Part shown: one piece after another, positions 16,781 through 36,935 of the stretch | How positions within the stretch are numbered: the first letter of the stretch is position 1 | Layout: every line of letters starts with the position of its first letter | NCBI RefSeq assembly: GCF_009914755.1 | Contig: NC_060928.1 | From: the human T2T-CHM13v2.0 reference genome, Homo sapiens | DNA length: 64,000 nt | Reading direction: 5' to 3' (one strand) | Notes under the pieces: model-generated | The model's input: only the letters and a program-made list of their open reading frames with translations | Database searches by the model: none | What the model was told of the DNA's origin: nothing | Made by a program: the position numbers and the translations under genes

Positions 16781-17055
16781 ACTCTAAGTTTTTTTAAAAT
16801 CTGAATAAGATGCATTTCAAAGCTTCATATTATACTGGTAATTTAGTCCTATAAGCAAAAATTGCCTCCTTTCTCCTCCCCTCTCTCCCTCTCTCTCTGT
16901 TTCTTCCTGTAGTTCTTCTCCCTGACTTTATGAGAGTGCCCTGAGTGTATGTTGGGCACTCTGGGGAGCACTGAGGTTGTACAGAATCAGTGGGAGTTTA
17001 CAATGTGGAGAGATTGGATTGGTTCTGTCTGCAGCTGTCACAGGGGACTTCATAA

Positions 17056-17541
<486 letters not shown>

Positions 17542-17659
17542 TAAATCTCTGTCTCTACCCCTGGGCAGAGAGTAGTGCTCCGAGACTATCTGTCTGTCAA
17601 ATCAAGGAATGGAAATGTGCTTAGTGTGAAATGCTGACTTTGCAAATATGTTGTTTTGA

Positions 17660-17896
<237 letters not shown>

Positions 17897-18444
17897 TAGT
17901 GCCAGCCCCTGGATGCTGAAAGGTGAACAGACAGAGGCTGCCGCTGCCTCCAGGGCACATAGGGGCTGCAGACAAGCCAGACAGGAGAGAGGATGGGTGA
18001 GGAGCTGAGGGCGTGGGAATGTGGCCCCTGAGACTCCTGTGGGCACCAGGGAAGCCCTTCCTGCCCTGACCCCAGGCACCTGCCTGAGACGCTGGGCGAG
18101 GGAGAGGGTATGGGTCTGGTTCTAATTTGCCAGCCCTGAGGGCTCCTGTTTGGGGCCCAGCCCTCTGCCCACTGCACTTTGCCTGGGTGAGAGTGACTTT
18201 TCTCCTTGTCACAAGAGAAAGAACCCAGACTGTGGTGTGGCCTGGTCACCTGGCTGCCAGGGAGTGTCATGGTGGGACCCCAGGGCTGCCGTCTCCTAAG
18301 GACAGAGATAGTCCCTCTGACCTCAGTGCCCCTCTGTGTGCGAAAGCTTTCTCTGGGGGCTGCAGTGCAACGCATAGATGAAGTTGGCATGTCATCCACA
18401 ACATAAAGAAACATGGCAGAGGCCGTGCTATCTGCTGGGTGTAG

Positions 18445-19185
<741 letters not shown>

Positions 19186-20020
19186 TAGACTTGACCTCAG
19201 CATATCAAGGCTCAGACCCCCTGGATGGTATCTCCTGTCCTTTTTAGGAAGCAGGTTTGGGACCCTCCACACCGTGGGGTGTTGTGGGCAGGGGCATTGC
19301 AGGGTGCAGGTGTCATAAGTGGGGGTGTTGCAGGATGCAGGTGTTGTGAGATGGAGGCATTGCAGGGTGCTCCCCAGAACTGCACACCTGTTATCGCAGT
19401 TCACAGCGCTTGACGCTGTCCACATCTCCACATCTTTTTACAGCTATTTCTCACTTGACCTCCACGGAAACCCAGTAAGCAGTTAGTGTCAGCCACTTTA
19501 CGGGGGTGAAACTGAGACCCGGTAGCTGCCTGCCCTGGGATGAAGAGGGCGGGGGTGCACTGGAGCAGTGTTGATCCCTGGGCTGTCGGACTCAGAGCTG
19601 CTGCCTGTTCAATGCGCCCTGCTCCCTGATGGAGCTGATGGAAGCCGAGAGCGTGCTCCCCACTGATGATGGGAGGATGTCCCCAGAAGACGCGAGAGTG
19701 GAATCCCCACAGGGGTTGGGTGGGGTGGAGGCCTGGAGATGCTAGAACATGAGAATTCTCTGGCCCATTGGCTGGTGCCTCTCCCTCAGGTGTCAGGAGT
19801 GCTCCTATGCTGGTTGCACCTGACCCTGCAACACCTCAGCCTGCAACACCTGCACCCTGCAACACTCCAGCCCGCAACACCAGCACCCTGCAACATCTCA
19901 GCCCTCAATACCTGCACCCAGCAATGCTCTCACCCTGCAACATCGACACTAGCTCAACCTGGCAGGGGACCAGAGGTACTGGCTGGGGGTGTTGATTGCT
20001 TCTCTTTTCTCCCTTGCCAG

Positions 20021-20062
20021 ACTCAGTAGAGGAAGCTGAGACCGAGCAGCCGCAGGAAAAAG
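20021..20062 (+). CDS. SH3TC1: SH3TC1 small exon, 42 nt, DSVEEAETEQPQEK
   Basis: long pyrimidine tract cttctcttttctcccttgccag|AC ... AAAG|gtgggt; symmetric phase 1-1. Confidence 0.88.
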
Positions 20063-21818
20063 GTGGGTTTTGCCAGTGGCTCAGGCTTCCTCTGGTTATG
20101 AGCTGGGCCTTGGGGTAACGCTGGGGGAGGTGACAAAGCTGAGCACGGTGGGCATTGGGTGCAGCTGTCACCCCTCTGTGGTGTGGGCTGGGGGCTTGGG
20201 GGAGGTTGCCTGAGGTGGGCCTGAACCTCCCGTCCACTGTGGCACTGGAGGCCGTGGGGTCCCGCACTTCTTCCAATGAACATGCTGGCCCCCGCCTGGT
20301 CCCCGCCCAAGATGGAGCATCCTTTCCACTGCTTGGGTCCACTTGTAGCTGTGGGTTCCTTTCTCATGACCTGGAGAAGCTGCAGCTTGCCCTCTGCTCT
20401 GCCTCAGAGATGGGAGGCCACACTGCCCTCAGTGGGTGGCAGAATTCAGAGCCTTAGGTTGCAGGGGCCTCAACTGAGGTCCCTCAAGGGTCTGCTCCTT
20501 CCTGAGGGGCTGATTGAGGGAGACCCTTCCATCTCCCCTCTACAGCTCTGTCTCTTCCCCTCACACAGGGTCCGCATGGGGAGAGCCTGGGGATGTGGAC
20601 ACCCCAAGAGCCCTCGGAAGTTCCCTGGGAATGGGATCCATTCCAGTACATTTGGGATGCAGGCAGGAGGTCCCAGAGGAGGCCTGGAAGCCAGTGGGGA
20701 AGGGAAGGCTGTTGTAGGTTTTCCTGGGGGAGGGGGTGGATCCACCCTCTGCCGAAGTCCCTGGAGCAAATGCGAGTGACTCCAGCTGCCCCCAAGGCCA
20801 GGGTAATAGCTGGGAGGGGCTGTTTGCCTCTGCCGGGCAGGGAGATTTCTTAGCTAATCTAGTGTAGTCAAGTCACATTTGCCTCTAAATCATATGTAAT
20901 TTTTTTTTAATTCCAAGGCTTTACAGATGAATAAGGAGACAGTTTGTAGTGAAAATATTTTTTACATGTGAGCTTGAAACAGAGAGTCTATTTAAATCTA
21001 GATTCTTTCCTTCCCAGTAATGTCTCCTTTCGTCCCAGGTTTTCCAACAGGAAATGCGCTTGTTTGCTCACCTCTGGGAGGGGGCTTTGGCTGGGAATCC
21101 ACCAAAGCCAGCAGGCGCCAGCAGGCTGCGTGGGCAGCCTGGCCTTTGTTAACCCTTTAGGAACTGCGGGCTTCAGGTTTTCAGACCATCCAAGGTGAAG
21201 GTGGTCACAGGAGCCTGGAAGCTTTCCCATCCTTCCTGCAGGGATGGTCCATTTCCCTGCATGGAGCTGGGTACATGGCTACAACATCCCTGTCCTCTGC
21301 TGTGGGTAGCTTTACCAATTTTGCATAGCAGCTTTTGAGCTGATCAGTAGCTCTGACTGGCTGTTGAGGATTTCATGGATTCCTGTACCCCATCGAGGGG
21401 CCCAGTATGCTGACAAAAATTACATTTGTAGTCGTAGTGCTGCGTACACTTGGGTGCAGTTAGAAGGCTTTGATTCTTTCTAAAGGGAAAGGCATCTCTG
21501 AGGGATCACTGAGCTGACACATAGTCTCCTAAAACCATGCTGTCAGGTGGGCGACAAAGGAGGACAGGAGGGTGATTTCATAGGAGAGTTGGGCCATGGG
21601 CCTGTGTTTTCCCTGTCCCCACAGTGCCGGAGTTCCTATGTGCTCCAGGCCCTGGGTTTGCATTGCACATAATTCTCAAGGGCTCATGGCAAGCCGGTAG
21701 GGTGGTATCGTCTGGAAAGTGCTGCGCCGGGGACACAGAGGCTGGGGATGCGGGGACCCTGCCCCCAGTGGACCCAGGACTCACTGCTGGACTCTAATCT
21801 GTCTAGGTGTTTTTGTGA

Positions 21819-23732
<1,914 letters not shown>

Positions 23733-24241
23733 TGAAAGTCCTGCATGCTGGGAATCCCTGAAGTCTGGGCAACGGGCGGTGGGTCACCCTAGACATAACC
23801 CTGGAAGCGAGGCAGGCTCCGCTGAGCTGGGACTTGGGGCCCCTCCATGAGCCAGGCCCTGAACGCCGGTGCTTGTGCCCATGTTATCTGCTTGACATCT
23901 CGGCAGCCCTGTGCACCTGTCATCCCACTTCACAGAGGACGCAGGGGCGGGTGGTTACCCAAAGCCGCAGAAAAGTTTATGCAAAAGCAGCTCGTTGTGC
24001 AGAGTGTGCCACGTCCCACCCACAAATGGGGCTTGTGGGGTCCTTGGGTGGCAGGGGCTGAGCATGGGAAAGTGAGCTTCAGGCCAGAGAAGCCACAAAA
24101 GGGTGAGTGGTGTGATGGCGGGGCAGCTCTTGGCCCCGGGTTAGGGAAGCCTCTTTAGTCTGGGGCCAGAGGGTTGAGAAGATTTAGTCAAGTAATACGT
24201 GGTGGGTGAGGGGCTGGTGGTGTAGCCTGTGTGAAGGCCCA

Positions 24242-24400
24242 GGGGTGAGCGAGTAGGGGTGAGTGAGTGGGGGTGTGATGGGGGTGAGTGAGCAGGGGGT
24301 GAGTGAGTGGGGGTGTGATGGGGGTGAGCAGGGGGTGAGTGAGCGGGGGTGTGAGCGGGTGAGCGGGGATGAGTGGGGTGTAAGTGGGGGTGAGTGAGCA
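24242..24400. repeat. G-rich (GGGGTGAGT/GAGC)n array
   Basis: seen directly. Confidence 0.85.
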
Positions 24401-24731
24401 GGGCCTATGCAGGGAGGTGCAGAGTTGGGCGTGGGTTGGTTGGGTGCTGGATGGTGAGAAGCTCTGCTGGAGAGCTAAGCAGGGCCTGGGGCCTCAGGCT
24501 GTGGCTTGGCCTTTTCCCTAAGGGCACTGGGGAGCCATCTGCCCAAGGAGGAGTGGGGGGGTTCAGACCCAGGCTTCTTCCCCAGGGCCATTCTCTGACT
24601 GCAAGGAGACCCTCCAGAAACCCGGCACCCCAGCCCCCACAGCAGCCTCCGGTGGGTCCTGGCACAATAGCCTGTGGCACCTCCTACGAGGCCCTCCCCG
24701 GGGTGCTGGGGGATTCAGACTTGGAAACGCA

Positions 24732-24929
24732 GGCCAGGGAACGAGGATCATGCTTCCCTGTCTCCCCACCCCGCGTTGAACAGTCGAGGAGACCGGGGGC
24801 CAGGGGACGAGGATCATGCTTCCCTGTCTCCCCACCCCGCGTTGAACAGTCGAGGAGACCGGGGGCCAGGGGACGAGGATCATGCTTCCCTGTCTCCCCA
24901 CCCCGCGTTGAACAGTCGAGAAGACCGAG
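24732..24929. repeat. 66-bp CpG-rich tandem repeat x3
   Basis: ggccagggGacgaggatcatgcttccctgtctccccaccccgcgttgaacagtcgaggagaccggg at 24732, 24798 and 24864. Confidence 0.95.
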
Positions 24930-25140
24930 GGTGGGGCTGATACCCCACATGCTTACTTGTGGTCATTTTTGAGTCACTTTTGGTAGTTTGTGTCTTTCTA
25001 GGAGTTTGGCTGTTGCGTCTAGATGATCTGATTTGTTGGCATACAATTGTTCGTAGTGTTCTCATGGAATCCTTTTATTTCTGTCAGGTCAGCAATAATG
25101 TTCCCTCTTTCATTTCTGATTTTAGAAACTTGGGTTTTTA

Positions 25141-25278
25141 ATTTTTAATTTATTTATTTTTATTAGAGATGGGGTCTCGTCATGTTCCCCCAGGCTGGTC
25201 TTGAATGCTGGCCTCAAGCGATCCTCCCACCTCGGCCTCACAAAGTGCTGGGATGACAGGCGTGAGCCATGGTGCTCG
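25141..25278 (-). mobile_element. Alu monomer (FLAM-like)
   Basis: single left-arm Alu sequence. Confidence 0.75.
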
Positions 25279-25629
25279 GTCTCTGATTTTAGTCATTTGT
25301 GTCCCATCTTTCTTTTCTTGGTCAGTCTGGTGAAAGATTTGTCAATTTTGTTAATATTTTTGAAAAACCCACCTTTGGGTCTGTTGATTAGCTCTTTTGT
25401 TTTTCCATTCTCTGTATTTTTACTTCCCATTTCCACTCTCATGTTTATTATTTTCTTCCTTTTACTCACTTTGGGTTTAGTTCATTCTTCTTTTTCTAGT
25501 TTCTTAAGGTGGAAGGTTGGGTTTTTGATTTGAGATTTTTCTTCTTTCTTTGCATGTAGACATTTAGAGTTACACATTTCCCTTTCAGCACTGCCTTAGC
25601 TGCATCTTGGAATTTTTGATATGCTGTGC

Positions 25630-25923
<294 letters not shown>

Positions 25924-26757
25924 CGTGCTGTGCGTTTGTTTTCATTCTTCTCAAATTAGTTTTCAGTTTCCCTGATGGTCTCTTCTTTCACTCACTGGTT
26001 GTTTAGGAGTGTGTCATTTCCACATATTTTTGACTTTCCCAAATTTCCTTCACTGTTGATGTCCAGTTTCACGCCAGTACAGCTGAAGAACACTCCTGCT
26101 TTGGTCTCAGTCCTTTTCCATTCACTGAGGCTCATTGTGGGGCCTGGCACGTGGCCTGTCTTGGGGAATGTCCCATGGGCGCTTGAGAGGACTGTGTATT
26201 CTGCCGTTGTTGGGTGGCGTGTGTGATAGATGTCCACTCGGCGTACCTGGTTTCTGGTGTTCATCTCCGGAATGTTGCTGACACTAGAAAATCAGCAGCT
26301 TTCCACCGTTCCCAGCGCCTTGGCTTTGGGAGAGGCCCGTGAGCCTGTGGGTTTGGAGCCTGGCTGCACGGGAGGAGCATGTGTGGGAACGCCAGGGGCC
26401 GGCTTTGAGCCCCATTCCCCCAACATGATGCCGTGTGTGGCAGACGTGACATTTGGCTTTGCTCCCCCAGGGTTCCATCTGCGACAGGGGCTACTTGTGT
26501 CCCTGGCCTCGTCAGCTCGGGCTGAAGGCGGCCCTGGTCCTGGCCAGAGGGGCTTTGTGAAGCAGAAATAGATGGCCTGGTGCAGGGGCCAAGCTTGGCT
26601 AGGGCCTCAGCCCTGGGAGTTGTAAAGAAGGCCGGCCTCTACCATGGGCATCTGCACCAAGCTGTGCCCATGTCACGGTGTGCTCAGCGGTTCCCCGCCT
26701 GTGGGGCCCAGGCTCACAGAGGTGTGAAAGAGGCAAGCACACCGCAGGGGCCTCTGA

Positions 26758-27000
<243 letters not shown>

Positions 27001-27687
27001 TGAGGGCTGGCTCTGTGGTGGTGGGGGCGGGGGGAGGGGGCAAAGGGGGCGGCGGGGCAGGGGCACAGGGAAGCTGGCCCAGGGCCCCAGCAGCCCCTCT
27101 CCTTGGGATCATTTGGTTCCTTGGCATCGGATGCTCTGAGCTGGGGGGCCTGGGGTTGTCCCAGGGCTGCTGATGACCCGTGAGTCCCAGCTTGAGCTTC
27201 CCTTGTTGGGTGACACGTCTTCCCATCCCTGCTTGCACACCTCCCCAAAGGTCATCTCAACCCCAGCAGAAGCAGTTACATGCATTCTGGGCTGTTCTTC
27301 CTACCTGGTGGCTTTTGTCATCTGACCTCTGCCTGCCCCGAGTCTTCACTCCTGGCCTTCACCTGTCCCCTTAAATGTGACCACAGCAGCCACCTGTGGC
27401 TTCTCTCCCACAGAAGACAGAGCCAGTTGTGTCACCTGCTTCCCTGGGGCAGGGTTTCAAGGTCTCACATCCCACATGTGGCCCACTTGGCTCTCCCGGA
27501 GCATCCTGACCTGGTGGGGTAACCATGGCCCTGGCCACCCCACCCACAGGGCCCAGTGACATTGCTGCACTCACACCCCTTCGACTCACCAAGAGAGCAG
27601 GGAAGGAGCCGGATTCCACAGGGACCCGGGAGATCGGCTCCAGCCTTGGCCTCAGGTTCACAGCAGGAAAATGGGCCAGTGTGTTAG

Positions 27688-27878
27688 AGCCATGTTCTCA
27701 AAGTGTGGTCCCTGGACCAGCAGAGCAGCATCCATGTCACCTAGGAGCTTGTGGCAAGTGGGAGTTCTAGGGCCCGCCCCAGGCCCGTGGAGCCAGAAGC
27801 TCTGGGGGCAGGCCAGCAAGCTATATGGACAGGCCTCTGGATGACTGTGATGCCTGCGCACCTTGAGAACCATCGGCC
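27688..27878. mobile_element. MER5A-like DNA transposon remnant
   Basis: gttctcaaagtgtggtccctggaccagcag...ttgagaacca. Confidence 0.7.
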
Positions 27879-27990
27879 TGGATAGCATCTGAACACTGAT
27901 GGCTCCTGGTGCGTCTAGAGAAGACACAGGCCATGTCTGGGACGCGGGGGAGATGGACTAGCACGCTCCCCCAGCCACAGGGCAGCATGA

Positions 27991-29430
<1,440 letters not shown>

Positions 29431-30074
29431 TAAGCCACTGCTGAGCACCTGTTGTATGCCTTTCCCCTCTCTCCCACTGGTTCCCTCATATCCTCCCCCA
29501 ATGGCCAGCATCTTCTCCCTGAGGGCAGAGGCACAGCCCCTCACAGTGCCCAGCACCTGCTGGTATACAGCACATGCTCAAATAATGTGGCCTCTCAGTT
29601 AACATACAGAAGAACTTGCTCCAAGCGACATGTGGCAAATCTCCTTACAAAATGCATCTGTCATAGCAGCAGTTTCCAGAGGCTTTCCCAAACACAGTGT
29701 GATCTGGAACAAACTGGGAAGCCCAAGAGCCTGGTGAAGCTTTTGTTTTTGAGCACCTGCTGTATACTTCCTTGAGCTGAGGAGAAGGATCAAGAGCTCA
29801 TGGCCAAGAGGGGACCAGCCCACCCACAAACACTGTTGATGTGGTGTCCTGAGCTGTGGCAGGGATGTGGCAACTCAGAAAGGAGCCAGGGGATGGGCTC
29901 CCAGCAATCTGGGGGCCATGGAGGCTGGTTTGAGTGCAGGGGGAGTGGGCTAGGGCTAGCCCTGGTGGCAGGATTCACAGATGTTGGGCTCCTGGGCTGC
30001 AGCTGCACAGTCACCTCCTGGCACTCGGGTGCATGAGATCATTGTCCCCATGCCAGCGGTGGGGGCGGCCCTAA

Positions 30075-30350
<276 letters not shown>

Positions 30351-31033
30351 TGATGTGGGTGGGCCCCAGGGGGGGCACCTTGAGGGCTGAGGCACAGGTG
30401 TGGCAGGGCAGAGCCCTCGCACCTGGAGGCAGGGCCGCCCATGCACATGCTTAGTTTCCTAGTGGTTTCACCGGGAATGATATTGACTGTGCCCCCCGCC
30501 CGGGACAAACACTTGGGGCCTGGACACAGCAATGGCCTTACCCTTGCACCCGATGATCTCAAGCAACCTTGAGTGGGAAGTCCTGTCCCCATCTTACAGA
30601 TGAGGAAACTGAGGCTCAGAGAGGCACAGGGACACGTCAAAGGACACACGGCATGCCAGTGGGAGGCCCAGGGCCAGGGCCCAGGTCTGCATGCACCCCG
30701 AAGCGGGGACGGCTTCCCCCTTCCTCTGAGCTCATGGTGTGGCTCAGCCCTGGGCACAGATAAATGTCGTGTTTTTAGAGCAGAGAGGAGTGCAGGCTCC
30801 CCCCAGTCAGACCCCTGGTGCCCAGGCGGGAGGGGCTGGTTTGAGGCTGCCGGGTGTAGCTGGATGGGCCTCAGGTGACTCTTCAGCCCCTAGCTTGGGT
30901 GTCTGAACCGCCCTTTATCTCAGAGCACACAGCTGTGTCGAGGCCCAGGGGTAGCTGGGGCGTGGGAAGCTCCGAGCACATGTTTGAGCTCTGAGGAGGG
31001 CGCTGGGCAAGGTGGGTGCTGCGGGAAGCCTGA

Positions 31034-31438
<405 letters not shown>

Positions 31439-32087
31439 TGACCACGAGGGCTGCCCAGTGTGCCCTCTGCCTTCCAGACATGCCAGACATCTCGTTGGTC
31501 CCTGCATGTGCCAGGCTGAGTGGCACATTCCCTTTCTCTTGTGCCCTTCCCACCCTCATCAACCACACGGCTCTGTGGCTGATGAAGTCCCAGTTCCCCT
31601 TCCAGCAGCCTGCCCCTTAATGCCGGGCATCCCCCGGTGCTGTGCCAGGGTCGTCTGTCCTCTAGAGAGAGGGAGCCCCAGACAGGCCACATGCCCCAGC
31701 GCCTTGTGGCCCAGGGCCTGGTACACAGGTGTGCAGCCGCGTGGGAATGCATTGAATGCAGGCTCCACAGCACTCACCCTGAAAAGGGGAGGACACCGGA
31801 GACAGCCTGGGTGGGCTCGCGCATCTGTGGGGGGACCTGGAGCTCAGGCACGCAGTGACTCCCCAAGGTAGGGGACTCTGATGATGACACACCCAGGAAG
31901 AGTTGGATGTCATGTCTGTGGGTTGCCTGGAGCCCTGGTGCCCAGGAGCGCGTGGGCTGCATGCCTTTTGGGCTCTCCTGGTTAAAAACAGTGAGCAAAG
32001 GCAGGTGGCTATATGTAGGCACAGAGCTGGGCCATCCAAGTCCGACTTTGCCAAAGCCTCACGGTAGATGGGGGCAGGCCTTATTAG

Positions 32088-32699
<612 letters not shown>

Positions 32700-33974
32700 T
32701 AAAGAAGGGGGATTGTAGTCAGGGGGGCCCTCCTGGAGGAGGGGACACCAAAGCTGAGTCTTGGCAGTCAAGTGTCAAGTTGTATCTAACAAAGAAAACA
32801 GGGTAGGGAGAAGGACATTTGGGGGGATGGCATCATCCTCACATTGAATCCATGTTGCAACATCCAACCCAAATCCTGGCGCCTCTGCTAGGAAGCCTGC
32901 CAGGGTGCCAGCCTGCACTGAGCAACTCCTTCCTGGAGTCCCGAGACACCTTGAATCTTCACATCACCCAGGCAGGGTGGGGCGGGGCCGGTGTCTTACC
33001 ACCTGCTTCACAGACAGGGAAACCCCAGCTCAGGGCAGGTGCAGTGGGGCGGGGCCCCAGACAGCCAGGCTGAGGCCTTGCTGGTCGGGTCTGTCTGGAG
33101 AGGAGGTGCTGGGACCTGTGCTCCCTCTGCGCCCAGCCCTGCAGGGGTGGAGAACTGGGACCGGCAGACTCGGATCTGGGATGTCCCCACCCCCTTGCCC
33201 AGCAGGCGCCCGCCCCTACTCAGCATCACACTGGCACTGCATCGGTGCTCGTTGTGGGCTGGGGGGCCAGGGCGCTCCAGTCCAGGGACTGAGCTCTTGG
33301 GGGCCTTAGAACAACATGAGGAGCTGCGGCAACCCTAAGACCCCGCCCCGTATCCCCCGCGGCAGGCCTGGGGCTGCCAGGGAGGCCCCCGCCCGGTGCT
33401 GGGGACACCTGGTGGTCAGAAGCGGTCCCTGTGGCCTCCCAAGTCCCAGCCAGACGGGGAAGTGCCAGGTGTCTGGCCCAGAGGGACGCTGCTCACTGCT
33501 CAGGGGCTGGCCTGGGACCCAGGGGACGGGCCTTCCAGAGGGGACTTTATCTCTCTTAGTCATGCCTGCTGCCCACTCCGCCCACCCAGGAGGAAGGAAA
33601 GGACGAAGTAGTCCCTGAGAGGCCAAAGTCCATGGCTGGGGTCAAGGGGCACAGCCCTCTGGGCCTCATGGTGACTGTGCTGTCAGCGCAGGCCAGCTTC
33701 CCACAGGGAGGCCCCCTCGGAATTCCCCCAGGGCTGCTGTCTTTCCAAGGCCACACCCTCCTCCTTGTGTAGAGGTGCCGGATCCAGGGCCCAGAGAGGT
33801 GGCAGAGAAAGCCGGTTTGGATGGGGCCTGGAAGGCTGGCAGAGAGGCAGGGGTAAATGGGCATCTTTGCCGATTGCCTCTAAAATGGGGTCCCCTTTAG
33901 TCTACATGTGAGAGTGAGCCCTGGAATAGGGTGGATTAGGTGTGTCCTGGCTCAGCCTGCCACCCACTAGCTGC

Positions 33975-34425
33975 TGCACGCACTACAGGCACATGCAAAT
34001 GCACATGCACGCTGCACGCACAGGGACACACACACACAGAGACACATGCACACACATGGACATGCACACATGAGCACACACAGGCACAGGCACAGAGACA
34101 CATGCACACATGGACACGCACACGCAAATGCACACAGGCACACGCACACACAGGCACAGGCCCCATGTACACACAGGCACATGCACAAATACACAGGCAC
34201 ATGCACACACACACGGACACGCACACGCAGATGCACACAGGCATATGCACACATAGGCACACACAGGCACACGCAAATGCACCCAGGCACATGCACACAG
34301 GCACACACACAGACATGCACACACACAGGCACATGCACACGCAAATGCACAGAGGCACACGCACACAGGCACGTGCACACACACAGGCATACACGGACAC
34401 AGGCACATGCACACAGAGACACATA
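33975..34425. repeat. Degenerate (CA)n / cacaggcacatgca repeat
   Basis: seen directly. Confidence 0.9.
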
Positions 34426-35397
34426 TGCTTTGGCTGGCTCCTTCCTGTTTAGTTGGGATGCCACCCGCTTCAGGAAGCCCTTGCCTCCCACCCCAGGCTG
34501 AGTCTGGGGCCTCCTGGGCCCCCACAGGCTCCTGGGCTTGCCTCTGCCACAGCCCTGGCCACCCTGTGTGATCAGTGTTCACTCCCAGGTCCCCCAGAGG
34601 AGCAGGGACGTTAGGCTAAGCCATGCACCCGGCACAGAGTCCAGTGTTCGGTGGGGCTGGGGGGCGTTGGATGAGCAGTGATGTGACTCGGGCCCTTCTC
34701 GCACCCCTGCCCTGTGTGTGGGGCGGGGCCGTGAGGGCATGGGCTGCTGCATCTTAGACTTTGTCCTTGGCCCTGGGAGCCATCTTGAGATGGTAAAGGG
34801 GAATGGGCCAAGCTTGGGTCTTAGAGAGGTCCCTTGGGTGACCCCCATGTGGAGGAGGTGCCTGGGGAGAAGCTGGGTGGGGGATGGGAGGGTCAAGGAG
34901 GAGGTCTGGGAAGTGGCATCCCAACCCAGGGATGGTGAGTTTGAGCCACAGATGCATTGAAAATGGGAGTGGATGTCTGGGGCATCACACTCCGTCAATA
35001 TTTCAGGGAAGATTCCCAGAGAGGACACCTGGGAGATGCTTTTATACCTGGCCCGGCCCATGGAGGGCCTGGAAATGGTCAGCATGGACAGGGGCCAGAG
35101 GGAAGCCTGGGTCACTCAACACTGTGCCCCTGCTGTGGCTGGGAGCCATGGGTCCTGCATGGAACTCTCAGAGCAGGCAGGATCCGCCCCAACCTCAGCC
35201 CACGGGGAAAGCAGCCACTGCCTGCAGAGAGGGTGGGGCTGGGACAGGAGGCTCGGGGTGAGTGGGGTGTAGGGACAATCAGGAATCCTTCCAGGGGGTG
35301 CCAGGGCCGTCTCCACCTCCTGCAGCTGAGCCCACAGCAGTGTCACAGGCTTCGGGGCTCATGGGGTGAGCCAGCATTGGCCGGACATGTGGAATGA

Positions 35398-35730
<333 letters not shown>

Positions 35731-35846
35731 GGACAGCATCCAAGGGAGTGGGTTTTGTGCAAGGGCTGGGGGTCTCCTGCCTCTCCTCGTGTCGCCGGTG
35801 GCTCATTTTCTGGCAAATGGAGGCACGAACGCAGGGGCCAAATAGC

Positions 35847-35852
35847 AATAAA
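35847..35852 (+). terminator. SH3TC1: Polyadenylation signal AATAAA of SH3TC1 (3'UTR roughly 150 nt)
   Basis: AATAAA about 117 nt after the stop, followed by a GT/T-rich tract. Confidence 0.8.
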
Positions 35853-36744
35853 TGGGTTTTGTTTTTTTTTTGCAATAACTTATTGAAGTCAGCAGGGCAT
35901 CCTTCCCTAGTATGCTTCCTGGGGCGTGTCTAGGGGCCAGCTCCCTTCCCTGGGGGCAGCCCTGCTGCTATGTCCTGATCTTGGGTATGAGAAGGACCCC
36001 GAGTCCAACAGACCTGTGCCAGGTCACCATGAGCCTGGGTTTCGTTGGCGGCCAGAGGGGAGACGGTGGTGGAACTCCCTGGGCAGCTGCTCGGAGCTTT
36101 TGCCGTAGGTCTTGTGCCACCCTTGCCTTTAATCCTCAGGCCACTGTGCGCGGAGGTGGGGGCTGCTAGTGCCCCCATTCGCCAGTGAAGAAATAGAGAC
36201 ACAGAGAGGTTAACTGTCTGGCCCACCATCACACAGACGCAGAGCCCAGTGCGCTGACCACACCACCCTGCCGGCCTGCTGCCAGGAAGGTGCCCCCATT
36301 AGGACCCAAGGTCAGTTCCTGCACCTCTCTTGTGGTGTCAGGAGAGCCACAGGGCGGTGAGGGTGGCCCAGGGGATCCCCCACTAAGTGTCCTCTGGTCC
36401 CAGACTTGGCTGGGCTGAGCCTGACCAGTCCCACCTCCAGCCACTGGTCAGTCCTGTGGGAAGTGAGATGCAGGGATCTCTGCCTGTGTAGACGCTGCTG
36501 CCCAGTGTTGAAAGCCTTTTCTGGGCTGCCCCTCAGCCCTCCCCATGTACCCCTCCCCTTCCGGCCCCCGGCCCTCATCTCAGTCCCCAGGAATCCCAGG
36601 TTTTCCTTCTTGGAATCTCTTGGCCCCAGGAAACACGGCTCACACGGTCTCTTCGCCAGTTTACGGCAAGGAAACCAAGGTTCAGAGATTGTGGGTGCCC
36701 CACGTGATTCTCACAAACACTGCACTCTCCCAGGCCCCTCTTTT

Positions 36745-36935
36745 AAACACTTTTAAAATGAGGTGACATTCACATCGCATGAAATTAACTATTTCAACGT
36801 GAATAATGTGGTGGCATTTGTGCACTCACAGTGCTGTGCACCCACCCACACCGTCTAGTTTCAAAAGGCATTCATCTCCCCAGAAGAAACCTCCCGTCCT
36901 CATTAAGCAGTTACCCCTCCTTGGTATCCCCCAAG
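36745..36935 (-). mobile_element. L1MB-like 3' end
   Basis: gaggtgacattcacat...catctccccagaagaaacc. Confidence 0.65.

Noticed and set aside
33936-34582. Cys/Val- and His/Thr-rich ORFs (also at 18749-19154 and 58086-58962)
   Set aside because: Translations of simple repeats
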